Numbered from the stretch's first letter, positions 26,525 through 35,775 are shown. The stretch: DNA of 50,558 bases from Candidatus Methylomirabilales bacterium (GCA_041946635.1 JBHGAX010000001.1:1-50558), one strand, 5' to 3'. A program made the numbers and translations. Notes: generated from the sequence alone by a model not told the origin.

Positions 26525-27445
26525 CTAGCCTCCCACCGTGACCCGCACGCCCGTCTCCGCCGCGGCGCCGCTCAGCACCTCGATCCGCGCCGGCGCGAGC
26601 GGAGCGGCATCGGCGAAGGCGTAGGCCCGGCCGAGCCGGGCGTACTTGGAGTGCCCGAAGCGGTGATAGGGCAGGAGGCACACCTCGCTCACGCCCGCCG
26701 CGCGGGCCCGGCGCGCGAGTGCCGAGACGACCTCGGGCTCGTCGTTGAAGCCCGGGATGAGCGGCATCCGCACCACGACCCGCGCGCAGGCCGCCAGCCG
26801 GTCGAGGTTGCCCAGGATGCGGGCGAGCTCTCCCCCGGTCGCGGCCCGATGCCGCTCGGCGTCCACGTGCTTCAGGTCGAAGAGGAACAGGTCGGTCCAG
26901 GGCCGCACGGCCTCGCACGCCGCCCACGGCGCCTGGCCGCAGGTCTCCACCGCGGTGTGCAGGCCGCGCGTCCGGCAGAGCCGCAGGAGTGCGGCGGCGA
27001 AGTCCGGCTGGGCCAGCGGCTCGCCGCCGCCCAGCGTGACGCCCCCGCCCGAGTTCCGGAAGAAGGGCTCGTCCCGGAGCACCTCCGCCAGCACCTCCCC
27101 CGCCGCGACCCGGCGGCCGGCCATGGCGCGCGCCTCGGCGTAACAGGCCTCGGCACAGCGCCCGCAGCCGCGGCAGCGTCCGGCATCCTGGGCCATGCCC
27201 GCCTCCGTCCGGTGCGCCGCCCCGGTGGGGCAGGCGGCCAGGCAGGCCCCGCAGCCGATGCACCGCCCCGCCTCGAGCATCAGCTCGGGCTCGAAGCGCT
27301 GCGATTCGGGATTGGCGCACCAGGGACAGCGCAGGGGACAGCCCTTCAGGAAGACCAGGGAGCGGATGCCCGGCCCGTCGTGGACCGAGAAGCGCTGCAG
27401 GTCAAAGATGACGCCGGCCACCTCCGCCGCGCCGGCCTGGCTCAC
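26525..27445 (-). CDS. Glycyl-radical enzyme activating enzyme (radical SAM)
   Basis: DGPGIRSLVFLKGCPLRCPWCANP (the CxxxCxxC triad), two ferredoxin-type inserts (CIGCGACLAACP, CRGCGRCAEAC) and GGGVTLGGGEP. The GTG start overlaps the GRE stop (GTGA, 27442-27445). Confidence 0.9.
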   Translation of the reverse strand: MSQAGAAEVAGVIFDLQRFSVHDGPGIRSLVFLKGCPLRCPWCANPESQRFEPELMLEAGRCIGCGACLAACPTGAAHRTEAGMAQDAGRCRGCGRCAEACYAEARAMAGRRVAAGEVLAEVLRDEPFFRNSGGGVTLGGGEPLAQPDFAAALLRLCRTRGLHTAVETCGQAPWAACEAVRPWTDLFLFDLKHVDAERHRAATGGELARILGNLDRLAACARVVVRMPLIPGFNDEPEVVSALARRARAAGVSEVCLLPYHRFGHSKYARLGRAYAFADAAPLAPARIEVLSGAAAETGVRVTVGG

Positions 27446-29799
27446 AGCGAATGCTCCGTCCGGGCGATGATGTCCTCCTGCAGCACGGCATCGATCGTCG
27501 TGAAGAGGACGCTGAACCCCGCCACGCGCACCACCAGGTCGCGGTGCTGCTCGGGATGGACCTGGGCCTCCCGCAGCATGGCGCTGTTCACCACGTTGAA
27601 CTGCACGTGCTGGCCGCCCAGCTGGAAGTAGGTGCGAATGAGGGCGACGAGGTTCGCCAGGCCGGTCTCGCCCGCCACGCTGGCCGGGCTCAGCTTGAGG
27701 TTCAGCAGCGTCCCGTTGGAGGCTTCGCGCTGGTCCAGCTTGGCCGCCGACCGGATGACGGCCGTCGGCCCGCGCCGGTCGCGGCCCTGGGCCGGCGAGA
27801 TCCCGCCGTCCGCCAGGAGCATGCTGGCCGTCCGGCCGTCCGGGGTGGCGGCCACGGCGTCCCGGAAGAGCGCGTGCGCCGAGATGCTCTGGAGCCCCGG
27901 CTCGAACCGGCCGCCCCGCACGTTCCGGAAGGCCTTGAAGCCGCGGAGGATGCGGCGGCCCAGCTCGCGCGCGAGGGCGTCCACCTCGTCCGCGTCGTTG
28001 CCGTACTTGGGCGCCCGGTTCACCAGGAGCTGCCGCAGGGCCTCGCGGCCCTCGAAGTTGCCGGACAGGGCCTCGCGCAGCTCGGCCATGCCGAGGCGGC
28101 CCTCCTCGAAGACCAGCCGCTTCACCGCCATGAGCGCGTCGGCGGCGTTGGCCAGGCCCACGACGTTCGGGGAGGTGTAGTTGTAGACCGCCCCGCCCTC
28201 CTCGTAGCAGCGGCCGCGCGCCAGGCAGTCCTGCACCAGGAGCGACACGAACGGGTTCGGCGCCACGGCTCCGTGCAGGTGGTCCAGCATGTTGATGGAG
28301 GCCACCATGAGCCGGATCGCGTGGTCGAGCTGCCGGTCCAGGGCCGCCTCGAGGTCTGCGTAGCTGGTCAGCGGGTCGCAGATCGCCGGCCCGAGCTGCC
28401 GGCCCGTGAGCGGATCGCGACCGTCGTGGAGGGCCAGCGTGACCAGCTTGCCCAGGTTCAGGAAGCCCGCCGGGTAGTAGCCGTTGGTCTTCCCCGGGGC
28501 CTGGGGCTCGACGCAGCCCACCTCGGCGTAGTCCCGGGCCTCCCGAAGCGGCACGCCCATGTCCAGCAGCACGGGAATGATGGCCTCGTCGTTGAAGAAG
28601 GCCGGCATCCCCAGCCCCTCCCGGGCCAGGTCGGCGGCGGCGCGCAGGAACTCCGGCGGGGCGCCGGGGTGCACGCGCACCGAGAGCGACGGCTGCGGGA
28701 GCCGCGTGCGCCGCGTGGCCTCCAGGCAGAGGTAGGACAGCGCATTCGTCGCGTCGGCCCCCTCGGACGTCTGCCCGCCCAGGATGAGGTTCTGGAACAG
28801 CGGGTAGCCGCCGAAGCCCCGCGAGGCGATGCGGTCGCGCAGCTTCATGACCTGGTTGAACTGGATCCACAGACAGCCCAGCAGCTCCAGCGCGCGCTCG
28901 GGATCCAGGCGCCCCGCCGCCATGTCGGCCGCGTAGAACGGCCAGAGATACTGGTCGAAGCGGCCGGGCGAGATGGAGTGGCCGTTCGATTCGATCTGGA
29001 TGATGAGGTGCAGGAACCAGAATGCCTGCAAGGCTTCCTGGAAGGTCTGCGCGGGCTCGGCCGGCACGCGCCGGCATATTCGCGAAATCTCCACCAGCTC
29101 CGCGCGCCGCCGGCCGTCCGGCTCGGCCTGCGCCTGCTTGTCGGCGAGGTCGGCGTGCCGCCGGGCGAAGCCCACGGCCGCCCGCGCGACCTGGATGGCC
29201 GCCATGAGGAAGTCGCGGACGGGCAGGGCCTCCGGCGCGGTGAGATCCAGCGCCGCCAGCCGGGCCTGCGCTTCGGCCACCAGGCCGTTCAGCCCGCCGC
29301 GCAGGATGCGCTCGTAGTCGGGGGCCAGGTGCCCGGTGCCGCAGCCGAGGCTGGTGAGCAGGAAGAGCAGCTGCTGGTGCGCCTCCAGCGCTTCGGCCGG
29401 CAGGGCGGCCACGGCCCGCTCCAGGAACGACCGTCCCCGCCAGCGCGGCAGGATGGCGTGCAGCCGCTCACGCGTCTCGGCCGGCACGTCGAAGCGGTCG
29501 GCCGCCCGCCGCGGCAGGGAGTCCAGCTCCTCCAGCACCCAGCCCCAGGCGTACTCGGGGAAGACCGGCGCGGCCGAGGGCCGGCTGGCCTGGTGGCCGA
29601 CGATCAGCTCGTCGGGGGCTATGAAGATGCTCTGGCGATCCAGGATGGCGGCCAGGGCGGCGGCCCGCAGGCGCACCGGCGGTAGCGTCCCGGCGTGCGC
29701 CTCATAGACCTCCGTGACGATCTCCGCCCGCTCGTGGCACACCGAGGGCCGGTGGGCCAGGTGCCAGGCACGGAGTCGCGTCGTGCGGTCGCCGCTCAT
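27442..29799 (-). CDS. Glycyl-radical enzyme, PFL2/glycerol-dehydratase-like family, substrate unknown
   Basis: A 785-aa ORF with C-terminal glycyl-radical fingerprint VVRVAGFSVLF and thiyl loop EVGCVEPQAPGK (Cys-x-Glu). Confidence 0.92.
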   Translation of the reverse strand: MSGDRTTRLRAWHLAHRPSVCHERAEIVTEVYEAHAGTLPPVRLRAAALAAILDRQSIFIAPDELIVGHQASRPSAAPVFPEYAWGWVLEELDSLPRRAADRFDVPAETRERLHAILPRWRGRSFLERAVAALPAEALEAHQQLLFLLTSLGCGTGHLAPDYERILRGGLNGLVAEAQARLAALDLTAPEALPVRDFLMAAIQVARAAVGFARRHADLADKQAQAEPDGRRRAELVEISRICRRVPAEPAQTFQEALQAFWFLHLIIQIESNGHSISPGRFDQYLWPFYAADMAAGRLDPERALELLGCLWIQFNQVMKLRDRIASRGFGGYPLFQNLILGGQTSEGADATNALSYLCLEATRRTRLPQPSLSVRVHPGAPPEFLRAAADLAREGLGMPAFFNDEAIIPVLLDMGVPLREARDYAEVGCVEPQAPGKTNGYYPAGFLNLGKLVTLALHDGRDPLTGRQLGPAICDPLTSYADLEAALDRQLDHAIRLMVASINMLDHLHGAVAPNPFVSLLVQDCLARGRCYEEGGAVYNYTSPNVVGLANAADALMAVKRLVFEEGRLGMAELREALSGNFEGREALRQLLVNRAPKYGNDADEVDALARELGRRILRGFKAFRNVRGGRFEPGLQSISAHALFRDAVAATPDGRTASMLLADGGISPAQGRDRRGPTAVIRSAAKLDQREASNGTLLNLKLSPASVAGETGLANLVALIRTYFQLGGQHVQFNVVNSAMLREAQVHPEQHRDLVVRVAGFSVLFTTIDAVLQEDIIARTEHSL

Positions 29800-29820
29800 C
29801 GCCGTTCTCGGTTCAATGTG

Positions 29821-29893
29821 CGAAGCGCCAAGAGCGCCAGGTGTCGGGGAAACCCCTTCGACCCTCGGCGCTCTTGGCGCCTTGGCGGTTCAG
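29821..29893. repeat. CGCCAAG/CTTGGCG-type repeat hairpin between dctP and the GRE gene
   Basis: A perfect 14-bp stem, gcgccaagagcgcc (29825-29838) / ggcgctcttggcgc (29867-29880), with an inner GGGG-AAA-CCCC tip. The 3' tail cttggcggttcag is identical to 35317-35329. Confidence 0.8.
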
Positions 29894-29900
29894 TCTGCTG

Positions 29901-30890
29901 CTACTTCGCGTCGCGCACGGCCTGGATCAGGTCCTTGCCGATCTCGGGCTCGTACTTGGCGATGATGTCCTTCACCGCATCCTGGAAGGGCTTCTTGTCC
30001 TTCACCACGTTCACCTTCACGCCCTTGGCCTTGATCTTCTCCAGGTTCTCGGCCAGCGCCTTCTGGATGTAGTCCAGCTGGTAGTTCTCGGCCTTCTTGC
30101 CGGCGTCGCGCACGGCCTTCTGGATCTCGGGCGAGAAGCTGTCGAACTTCTTCCTGTTGAACACCAGCACGTTGCAGGAGATCGAGTGCTCGTTCAGGGA
30201 GTAAAACTTGATCACATCCACCCAGCCCCAGCTCACCACGCTGGCCGGGTCGTTCTCGCCCGCGTCCACCACGCCCGTCTGCAGCGAGGTGTACAGCTCG
30301 GAGGACGGCATGGGCGTGGGCAGCATGCCCATGTTCTTGAACATGTCGATGTACACCGGGCTCTGCATGCTGCGGATCTTCAGCCCCTTGGCGTCCTCCA
30401 CCTTCTCGATGGGCCGCTTGGTGCTGAAGATGCTGCGCACGCCGGGCAGGATGTAGGACAGGAGCAGCACGCCGTCGTCCTCCACCTGCTTGGCGATGGT
30501 CTCGCCCACCTTGCCCTGCACCACCTTCTTGAAGTGCGGCGCGCCCTCGAACAGGTAGGGCAGGTCGAAGACCTTCGCCTGGGGCGCCCAGCCCAGGATG
30601 TACGTGGTGGCGCCGATGGCCGCGTCCACCGCGCCGCTCTGGGCCATCTGGAACAGCTCCGCCTCGTTGCTGCTCAGCGAGCCGGAGTGGAAGATCTGCA
30701 CCTTCACCTGCCCCTTGGTCGCCTTCTCCACCTCGTCCGCGAAGACCTTGGGGGTCTCGCCCAGGAACCCGCCCTTGGGCGGCTGGCTGGTGGCGAGCTT
30801 CAGCGTCTGCGCGGCCTGCGCCGCCGGGACGGCCGCCAGGCCGGCGATGGCCAGGACGGCCAGCGTGATCACGAGAACTCTGCGAGTCAT
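29901..30890 (-). CDS. dctP: TRAP transporter substrate-binding protein (DctP family)
   Basis: Signal peptide (VLVITLAVLAIAGLAAVPAAQA). DctP-family pattern including the carboxylate-clamp Arg context GLKIRSMQSP. Confidence 0.9.
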   Translation of the reverse strand: MTRRVLVITLAVLAIAGLAAVPAAQAAQTLKLATSQPPKGGFLGETPKVFADEVEKATKGQVKVQIFHSGSLSSNEAELFQMAQSGAVDAAIGATTYILGWAPQAKVFDLPYLFEGAPHFKKVVQGKVGETIAKQVEDDGVLLLSYILPGVRSIFSTKRPIEKVEDAKGLKIRSMQSPVYIDMFKNMGMLPTPMPSSELYTSLQTGVVDAGENDPASVVSWGWVDVIKFYSLNEHSISCNVLVFNRKKFDSFSPEIQKAVRDAGKKAENYQLDYIQKALAENLEKIKAKGVKVNVVKDKKPFQDAVKDIIAKYEPEIGKDLIQAVRDAK

Positions 30891-30970
30891 GGTCTCCTCC
30901 TGCGCGTCATGAGGGCTTGGAACGTCAACGGAAGCCGCCTCTGCGGACGACCACCTCCTCTCCGAAATAC

Positions 30971-31126
30971 GGTTCCGGGTTCGAGGTTCGAGGTTCGAGG
31001 TTGCCCTGAACCGGTCGCCTGTCTCTTTGCGCTCCAGGTCGAGACTCGAGTACGTATCCCCCGCAACGCCGGGGGCCTACCCAGGTGCCGGGTCCCTTGA
31101 ACGTCGAACCTTGAACCCGGAACCCC
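30971..31126. repeat. GGTTCGA heptad inverted repeat in the 243-bp dctM-dctP spacer
   Basis: The left arm is ggttccgggttcgaggttcgaggttcgaggttgccctgaacc (30971-31012). The right arm is cccttgaacgtcgaaccttgaacccggaacccc (31094-31126). The arms are largely complementary and separated by 81 nt. Confidence 0.75.
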
Positions 31127-31133
31127 TTTACGG

Positions 31134-32426
31134 TCACCCTCCCAGCATCAGGTCCGGCAGGATCGTGATGACGCCGGGGAAGTAGGCAATCAGGATGAGG
31201 ATCGCGGTCATGGCCGCCAGGAAGGGCATCAGCTCCCAGGTGAAGCGCTCGACCTGGATGTCCCCGATGGCCGCCCCGACCCAGAGGCAGGAGCCGCAGG
31301 GCGGGCTGGCCAGCCCCATGGCCGAGGCGAAGACCATGGTCACCATGAACGCGATCACGGGGATGCCCAGCTGCTCCGCCAGCGGCAGGAAGATGGGCGT
31401 GAAGATCAGGATGATGGGGATGGCGTCCAGGAACGTCCCGATGGCCAGGTAGGTGAAGAGCATGCCGGCTATGATGATCAGCTTGCTGCTGGTGTAGGAC
31501 GTGATGAACTCGGCGATGGCGTCCGGCACCTGGGCGATGGCCAGGATCCAGCCGAAGATGACCGACGCGCCCACCGCGAACATCACCGTCGAGGTACGGG
31601 TGCAGACGCTCACGGAGCTCTTGTAGATGTCCCGGAGCGGCGGGAAGCCGCGCATCATGATGGGGCCCACGATCAGGGCGTAGACGATCGAGATGTTGGC
31701 CGCCTCGGTCGGCGTGACGATGCCGCTCAGGATGCCGCCCATCAGCACCACGGGAATGCCCAGGGCCGGCACCCCCTGCCAGAGGGCCACCCCGCGCTCC
31801 GTCCAGGTCAGCCTGGGCTGCTTCGGGAAGTTGTACTTGATGCCGAAGTAGGTGCTCACGGCGAGGAGCGACAGGCCGGCCAGCACGCCCGGGATGACGC
31901 CGCCCAGGAGCAGCGCGGCCACGGAGCTGGACGAGACCAGCGCGGCCACCACCATCAGGTTGCTGGGCGGGATGATCACGCCGATGGTGGAGGCGACCAC
32001 CGTCAGCGCCGTGGCGTAGCCGCGGCTGTAGCCCTGCTTCACCATGGCGGGGATGAGCACGGTGCCCACGGCCGAGGTGTCGGCGACGGCCGCGCCGGTG
32101 ATGCCGGCGAAGAACATGCTCACCATGATGGTGATGTGGGACAGGGCGCCCCGGATGTGGCCGACCATCGCGTTCGCCACCCGGATCAGGCGGTCGAAGA
32201 GCGTGGTCATGGACATCAGGTCGCCCGCCAGGACGAAGAACGGGATGCAGAGCAGGATGTAGTTGTCCGCGCCCCCGAAGAGCCGCTGCGGCACGATGAT
32301 CGTGGGGATCTCCGCGTGCAGGAACTTGATGGTGATGTAGGCCGTGATGATCATGGAGTGCGCCACCGGGATCCCCATGAACATCAGGAGCAGGAAGAGC
32401 AGCAGGAGGACGGTTCCGCTCAGCAT
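31134..32426 (-). CDS. dctM: TRAP transporter large permease (DctM)
   Basis: Start at ATG 32426 (GAGGAG SD). A 430-aa polytopic protein beginning MLSGTVLLLLFLLLMFMGIPVAHS. The upstream part of ORF 31134-32990 is read-through across dctQ in another frame. Confidence 0.9.
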   Translation of the reverse strand: MLSGTVLLLLFLLLMFMGIPVAHSMIITAYITIKFLHAEIPTIIVPQRLFGGADNYILLCIPFFVLAGDLMSMTTLFDRLIRVANAMVGHIRGALSHITIMVSMFFAGITGAAVADTSAVGTVLIPAMVKQGYSRGYATALTVVASTIGVIIPPSNLMVVAALVSSSSVAALLLGGVIPGVLAGLSLLAVSTYFGIKYNFPKQPRLTWTERGVALWQGVPALGIPVVLMGGILSGIVTPTEAANISIVYALIVGPIMMRGFPPLRDIYKSSVSVCTRTSTVMFAVGASVIFGWILAIAQVPDAIAEFITSYTSSKLIIIAGMLFTYLAIGTFLDAIPIILIFTPIFLPLAEQLGIPVIAFMVTMVFASAMGLASPPCGSCLWVGAAIGDIQVERFTWELMPFLAAMTAILILIAYFPGVITILPDLMLGG

Positions 32427-32440
32427 GCGCCACTCCTCGA

Positions 32441-32926
32441 TCAGGCAAAGGGGTTGTCCGGCCGCTCGCGCAGCACGGTGGCGATGTTCCGCGCCCGGTT
32501 CAGCAGGCCGAAGACGATGGCCACGGGCAGGCCCCAGTACACCCAGTCGAGGCGGAGCTGGAGCACGGTCGAGATCATGCGCTTCCCCATCTCGACGAAG
32601 CGCAGGCTGTCCGCCAGGAGCCACAGGAAGAAGGTGAAGATGAGCACCTCGCCCACCACCCAGAAGGCGTACCGCAGCCGGCGCGGCGCCTGCTCCACGA
32701 AGTAGCTGACCCGGAAGTGCTCCTTCTGGCGCTCGGCCAGCGCGTTGGCCAGGAAGATCAGCCACAGGAAGGCGAAGCGCGCGAACTCCTCGGTCCAGGG
32801 CAGCGCGATCTCCAGGATGTAGCGGGCGATCACCTGCACGAAGATCACCACCACCGTGACGTACAGGATGACCAGCGAGGTCACGTCGCAGCACCAGTCG
32901 AATGCCCGAAACGCCGCCTTCACCAT
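32441..32926 (-). CDS. dctQ: TRAP transporter small permease (DctQ)
   Basis: A 161-aa protein with four helices and the typical WTEEFARFAFLWLIFL segment. It lies 14 nt upstream of dctM. Confidence 0.85.
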   Translation of the reverse strand: MVKAAFRAFDWCCDVTSLVILYVTVVVIFVQVIARYILEIALPWTEEFARFAFLWLIFLANALAERQKEHFRVSYFVEQAPRRLRYAFWVVGEVLIFTFFLWLLADSLRFVEMGKRMISTVLQLRLDWVYWGLPVAIVFGLLNRARNIATVLRERPDNPFA

Positions 32927-33138
32927 GCAGGAACCTCCGGAGGCTTGAACGCGGGCCCGCCTGCCCGCGGGCCCATTCTAGCGGGGGCAAGGGCGCCCCC
33001 TCAGCCGCTCGCCCGCATTGTCTGCCTCTTGGTACCGACCGGTAGGCCCAGCCTCCAAGCGGCGTGGGCGCGCCGGCGTGGGGAGGGAGGGGCTCGCCGC
33101 ACCCCGGCGGGGTGGCCGCCCGCAGCGGCCACCCGAGG

Positions 33139-33894
33139 TCAGAGAATGGTGCGGCCCCCGTCCACGGGGATGGCGGCGCCGGTGATGAAGGCGGCGTCGT
33201 CCGAGACGAGGAAGCAGATGGCCTTCGCGACGTCCTCCGGCGTCCCCGCGCGGCCCAGCGGACACACCCTGGCCCAGCCGGCGAACTGGGCGTCCACGTC
33301 GGCCTTGGGGCCCGAGCCCCGCGTCATGGGGCTGTCCACGAAGCCGGGCAGCACGCAGTTCGCGCGGATCGTGGGGGCGCCCTCCAGCGCGGCCATGCGG
33401 GTGAGCTGCATGACGCCCGCCTTGGCCGCGGCGTAGGCGCCGTGCTCCTCCTTCACCCGGATGGACATGCGGGAGGCCATGTGCAGGATGCTCCCGCCGC
33501 CGTGCCGCCGGAGCGCGGCCATCGCCGCCCGGGTGACCAGGAACGCCCCGTGCAGGTTGACCCGGATGACCTCATCCCACTCCGCCTCGGTGGAGTCCTC
33601 GATGCGGCGCGCCCGCAGGATCCCCGCACAGTGCACGACCACGTCGAGGCGCCCGAACAGCCGCTCCGCCGTCTCGAAGGCGGCCTGCACGTCCACGGCC
33701 TGCGTCACGTCGCACTGGCCGATCTCGGCCCGACCCCCGGCGCGGGTGATGGCGTCCGCGGTCCCCTTCGCCTTCTGGGCATCGATGTCCGCGATGAAGA
33801 GGCTGCCACCCCGGCGCGCGAACAGGTGCGCGGTGGCCTGCCCGATCCCCGATCCCCCGCCCGTGATGAGGGCGACTCGTCCCGTGAAGTCCAT
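33139..33894 (-). CDS. Short-chain dehydrogenase/reductase (SDR)
   Basis: TGGGSGIG cofactor motif, NCAG-like HCAG, and catalytic YAAAK. Confidence 0.9.
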   Translation of the reverse strand: MDFTGRVALITGGGSGIGQATAHLFARRGGSLFIADIDAQKAKGTADAITRAGGRAEIGQCDVTQAVDVQAAFETAERLFGRLDVVVHCAGILRARRIEDSTEAEWDEVIRVNLHGAFLVTRAAMAALRRHGGGSILHMASRMSIRVKEEHGAYAAAKAGVMQLTRMAALEGAPTIRANCVLPGFVDSPMTRGSGPKADVDAQFAGWARVCPLGRAGTPEDVAKAICFLVSDDAAFITGAAIPVDGGRTIL

Positions 33895-33932
33895 GGCTTC
33901 TCCTCGGCCTGGTACGATGGAGCGCGTCCCGT

Positions 33933-33988
33933 GGAACGCGTAACAAGAACTTGGGCCGCGCTTGCCGAAGGTTACGTGTTACGTGTTC
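33933..33988. repeat. GTTACG-type heptad hairpin between the ACAD and SDR genes
   Basis: The left arm is ggaacgcgtaacaagaac and the right arm is gttacgtgttacgtgttc. Same family as 3765-3837 and 10879-10960. Confidence 0.7.
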
Positions 33989-34008
33989 GTCCCAGTCGGC
34001 ACTCCGGC

Positions 34009-35151
34009 TCAGTACTCTTTGAGCAACTGCCGCGCGATCACGACCCGCTGGATCTCGCTCGTGCCCTCCCAGATCTCGTAGACCTTCGCCTCGCGGTACA
34101 TGCGCTCGATGGGGAAGTCGGCGCTGTACCCGTAGGCGCCGTGGATCTGGAGCGCCTCGCGCGTCACGGACACGGCGAGCTCGGACGCCAGGAGCTTCGC
34201 CTCCGCCGCCTCGCGGATGATGGAGCGGCCCTGGTCCTTGAGCCAGGCCGCGTGCCGCAGCCGCAGGCGCGCCGCCTCGATGCCCGCGGACATGTCGGCC
34301 AGCTTGAACTGGATGGCCTGGAGGTTGGCCAGCGGGCCGCCGAAGGCCGTCCGCTGCTTCGCGTAGCGCACGGCCTCCTCCATGGCGGCCTGCGCCAGGC
34401 CCACGGCCTGGCAGCCGATGCCGATGCGGCCGGTGTCCAGCGACATCATCGCGCGCTTGAAGCCCTCGCCCTCGCCCCCCAGCAGCGCCTCCTTGGGTAC
34501 CCAGCAGTTGTCGAAGACCACCTCCCCCGTGGCCATGCCCCGCACCCCCATCAGGTGCTCCTTGGAGCCGGTCGAGAACCCGGGCGTGCCCTTCTCCACC
34601 AGGAACAGCGTGATGCCCTTGTGCGCCTTGGCCCGGTCCACGGTGGCGACCACGACCGCCAGGTCGGCGATCATGGCGCAGGTGAGGAAGCGCTTGGCGC
34701 CGTTCAGGACGTAGCCGCCCCGCTCCGGTCGCGCCGTCGTCTGGATGCCGGCCACGTCGGAGCCCGCGCCCGGCTCGGTCTGGGCGATGATGCAGATCTT
34801 CTCCCCGGCGCCCATGGCCGGCAGGTGCTTCTGCTTCTGCGCCTCCGTGCCGTTCTTCAGGATCATGTTCTGCATGAGCGTGCTGAGGAGCTGGATGTCG
34901 GCCACGACCACCGACGCCCGCGCCATCTCCTCCTGGACGATGGCCCAGGAGACGATGTCCATCCCCGCGCCCCCGTACTCCGGCGGGAGCGTCATGCCGA
35001 GGATGCCCAGCTCGGCCATGCGCTTCCAGAGATCCCAGGGAAACTCGTCGGTGCGGTCGATCTCCGCCGCCCGCGGCTTGATCTCCTTCTCCGCGAACTC
35101 CCGCACCATGCCGCGCAGCATCCGCTGCGCCTCCGTCAGCTCAAAGTTCAT
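34009..35151 (-). CDS. Acyl-CoA dehydrogenase
   Basis: Start at ATG 35151 (GGAGG SD): MNFELTEAQRMLRGMVREFAEKEI. The C-terminal catalytic-base context is YEIWEGTSEIQR. Confidence 0.92.
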   Translation of the reverse strand: MNFELTEAQRMLRGMVREFAEKEIKPRAAEIDRTDEFPWDLWKRMAELGILGMTLPPEYGGAGMDIVSWAIVQEEMARASVVVADIQLLSTLMQNMILKNGTEAQKQKHLPAMGAGEKICIIAQTEPGAGSDVAGIQTTARPERGGYVLNGAKRFLTCAMIADLAVVVATVDRAKAHKGITLFLVEKGTPGFSTGSKEHLMGVRGMATGEVVFDNCWVPKEALLGGEGEGFKRAMMSLDTGRIGIGCQAVGLAQAAMEEAVRYAKQRTAFGGPLANLQAIQFKLADMSAGIEAARLRLRHAAWLKDQGRSIIREAAEAKLLASELAVSVTREALQIHGAYGYSADFPIERMYREAKVYEIWEGTSEIQRVVIARQLLKEY

Positions 35152-35172
35152 GGGGACACCTCCAGGCAGTAC

Positions 35173-35329
35173 GTGAACCGCCAGGACGCCACGGACGCCC
35201 ACACCCGAAAAGGCGCAGGGGCGTCGGGGCGCGGCGGCGAAAGAACGATGCAGAAGGCGGGCGCTGTTTCGCCTCGGCGCCTGTTCGCCTCTGCGCCTCT
35301 GCGATGATCCGAGCGTCTTGGCGGTTCAG
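35173..35329. repeat. Nested long imperfect palindrome filling the MaoC-ACAD spacer
   Basis: The outer arms are gtgaaccgccaggacgc (35173-35189) and gcgtcttggcggttcag (35313-35329). The inner arms are aggcgcaggggcgtcggggcgcggcggcgaaag and gtttcgcctcggcgcctgttcgcctctgcgcct. The right end supplies the MaoC TGA stop (35326-35328). Confidence 0.75.
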
Positions 35330-35775
35330 GTTCTCTCTCTCCGCCAGACCATCAGGCCGTGCTCGCCCTCCTGCACCACCTCGCCCCGCTGGTTCAGCAT
35401 GGTCACGTACTCGACGACGATCCCGCGATCCGGCTTCTTGGTCTCGCGCTTGCTCTGGATGCGGACGCGCACCCGGATGGTGTCGCCCATCCGGATGGGG
35501 CCCGTGAACTTGTAGTTCCAGTAGAGCGAGGCCATGTAGCGGGCGCCCGCGAACTCCGGGATGCGGAACTTCAGCCCCTCGGAGACGGCGAGCCCCAGCA
35601 AGCCGTGCGCGATCCGGGTCTGGTAGGGCGTCCCCTTGCAGTACTCCTCGTCGCAGTGCACGGGGCTCCAGTCCCCCGAGAGCGCCGCGAAGCTCACGAT
35701 GTCCGCCTCCGTGATCGTCCGGGCGGGGGACTCGTACTCCTCGCCCACCTGCATGTCCTCGTAGTAGCGCTCCAT
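35326..35775 (-). CDS. MaoC-like (R)-specific enoyl-CoA hydratase/dehydratase
   Basis: A 149-aa hot-dog fold protein with SGDWSPVHCDEEY and IAHGLL. Confidence 0.88.
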   Translation of the reverse strand: MERYYEDMQVGEEYESPARTITEADIVSFAALSGDWSPVHCDEEYCKGTPYQTRIAHGLLGLAVSEGLKFRIPEFAGARYMASLYWNYKFTGPIRMGDTIRVRVRIQSKRETKKPDRGIVVEYVTMLNQRGEVVQEGEHGLMVWRRERT

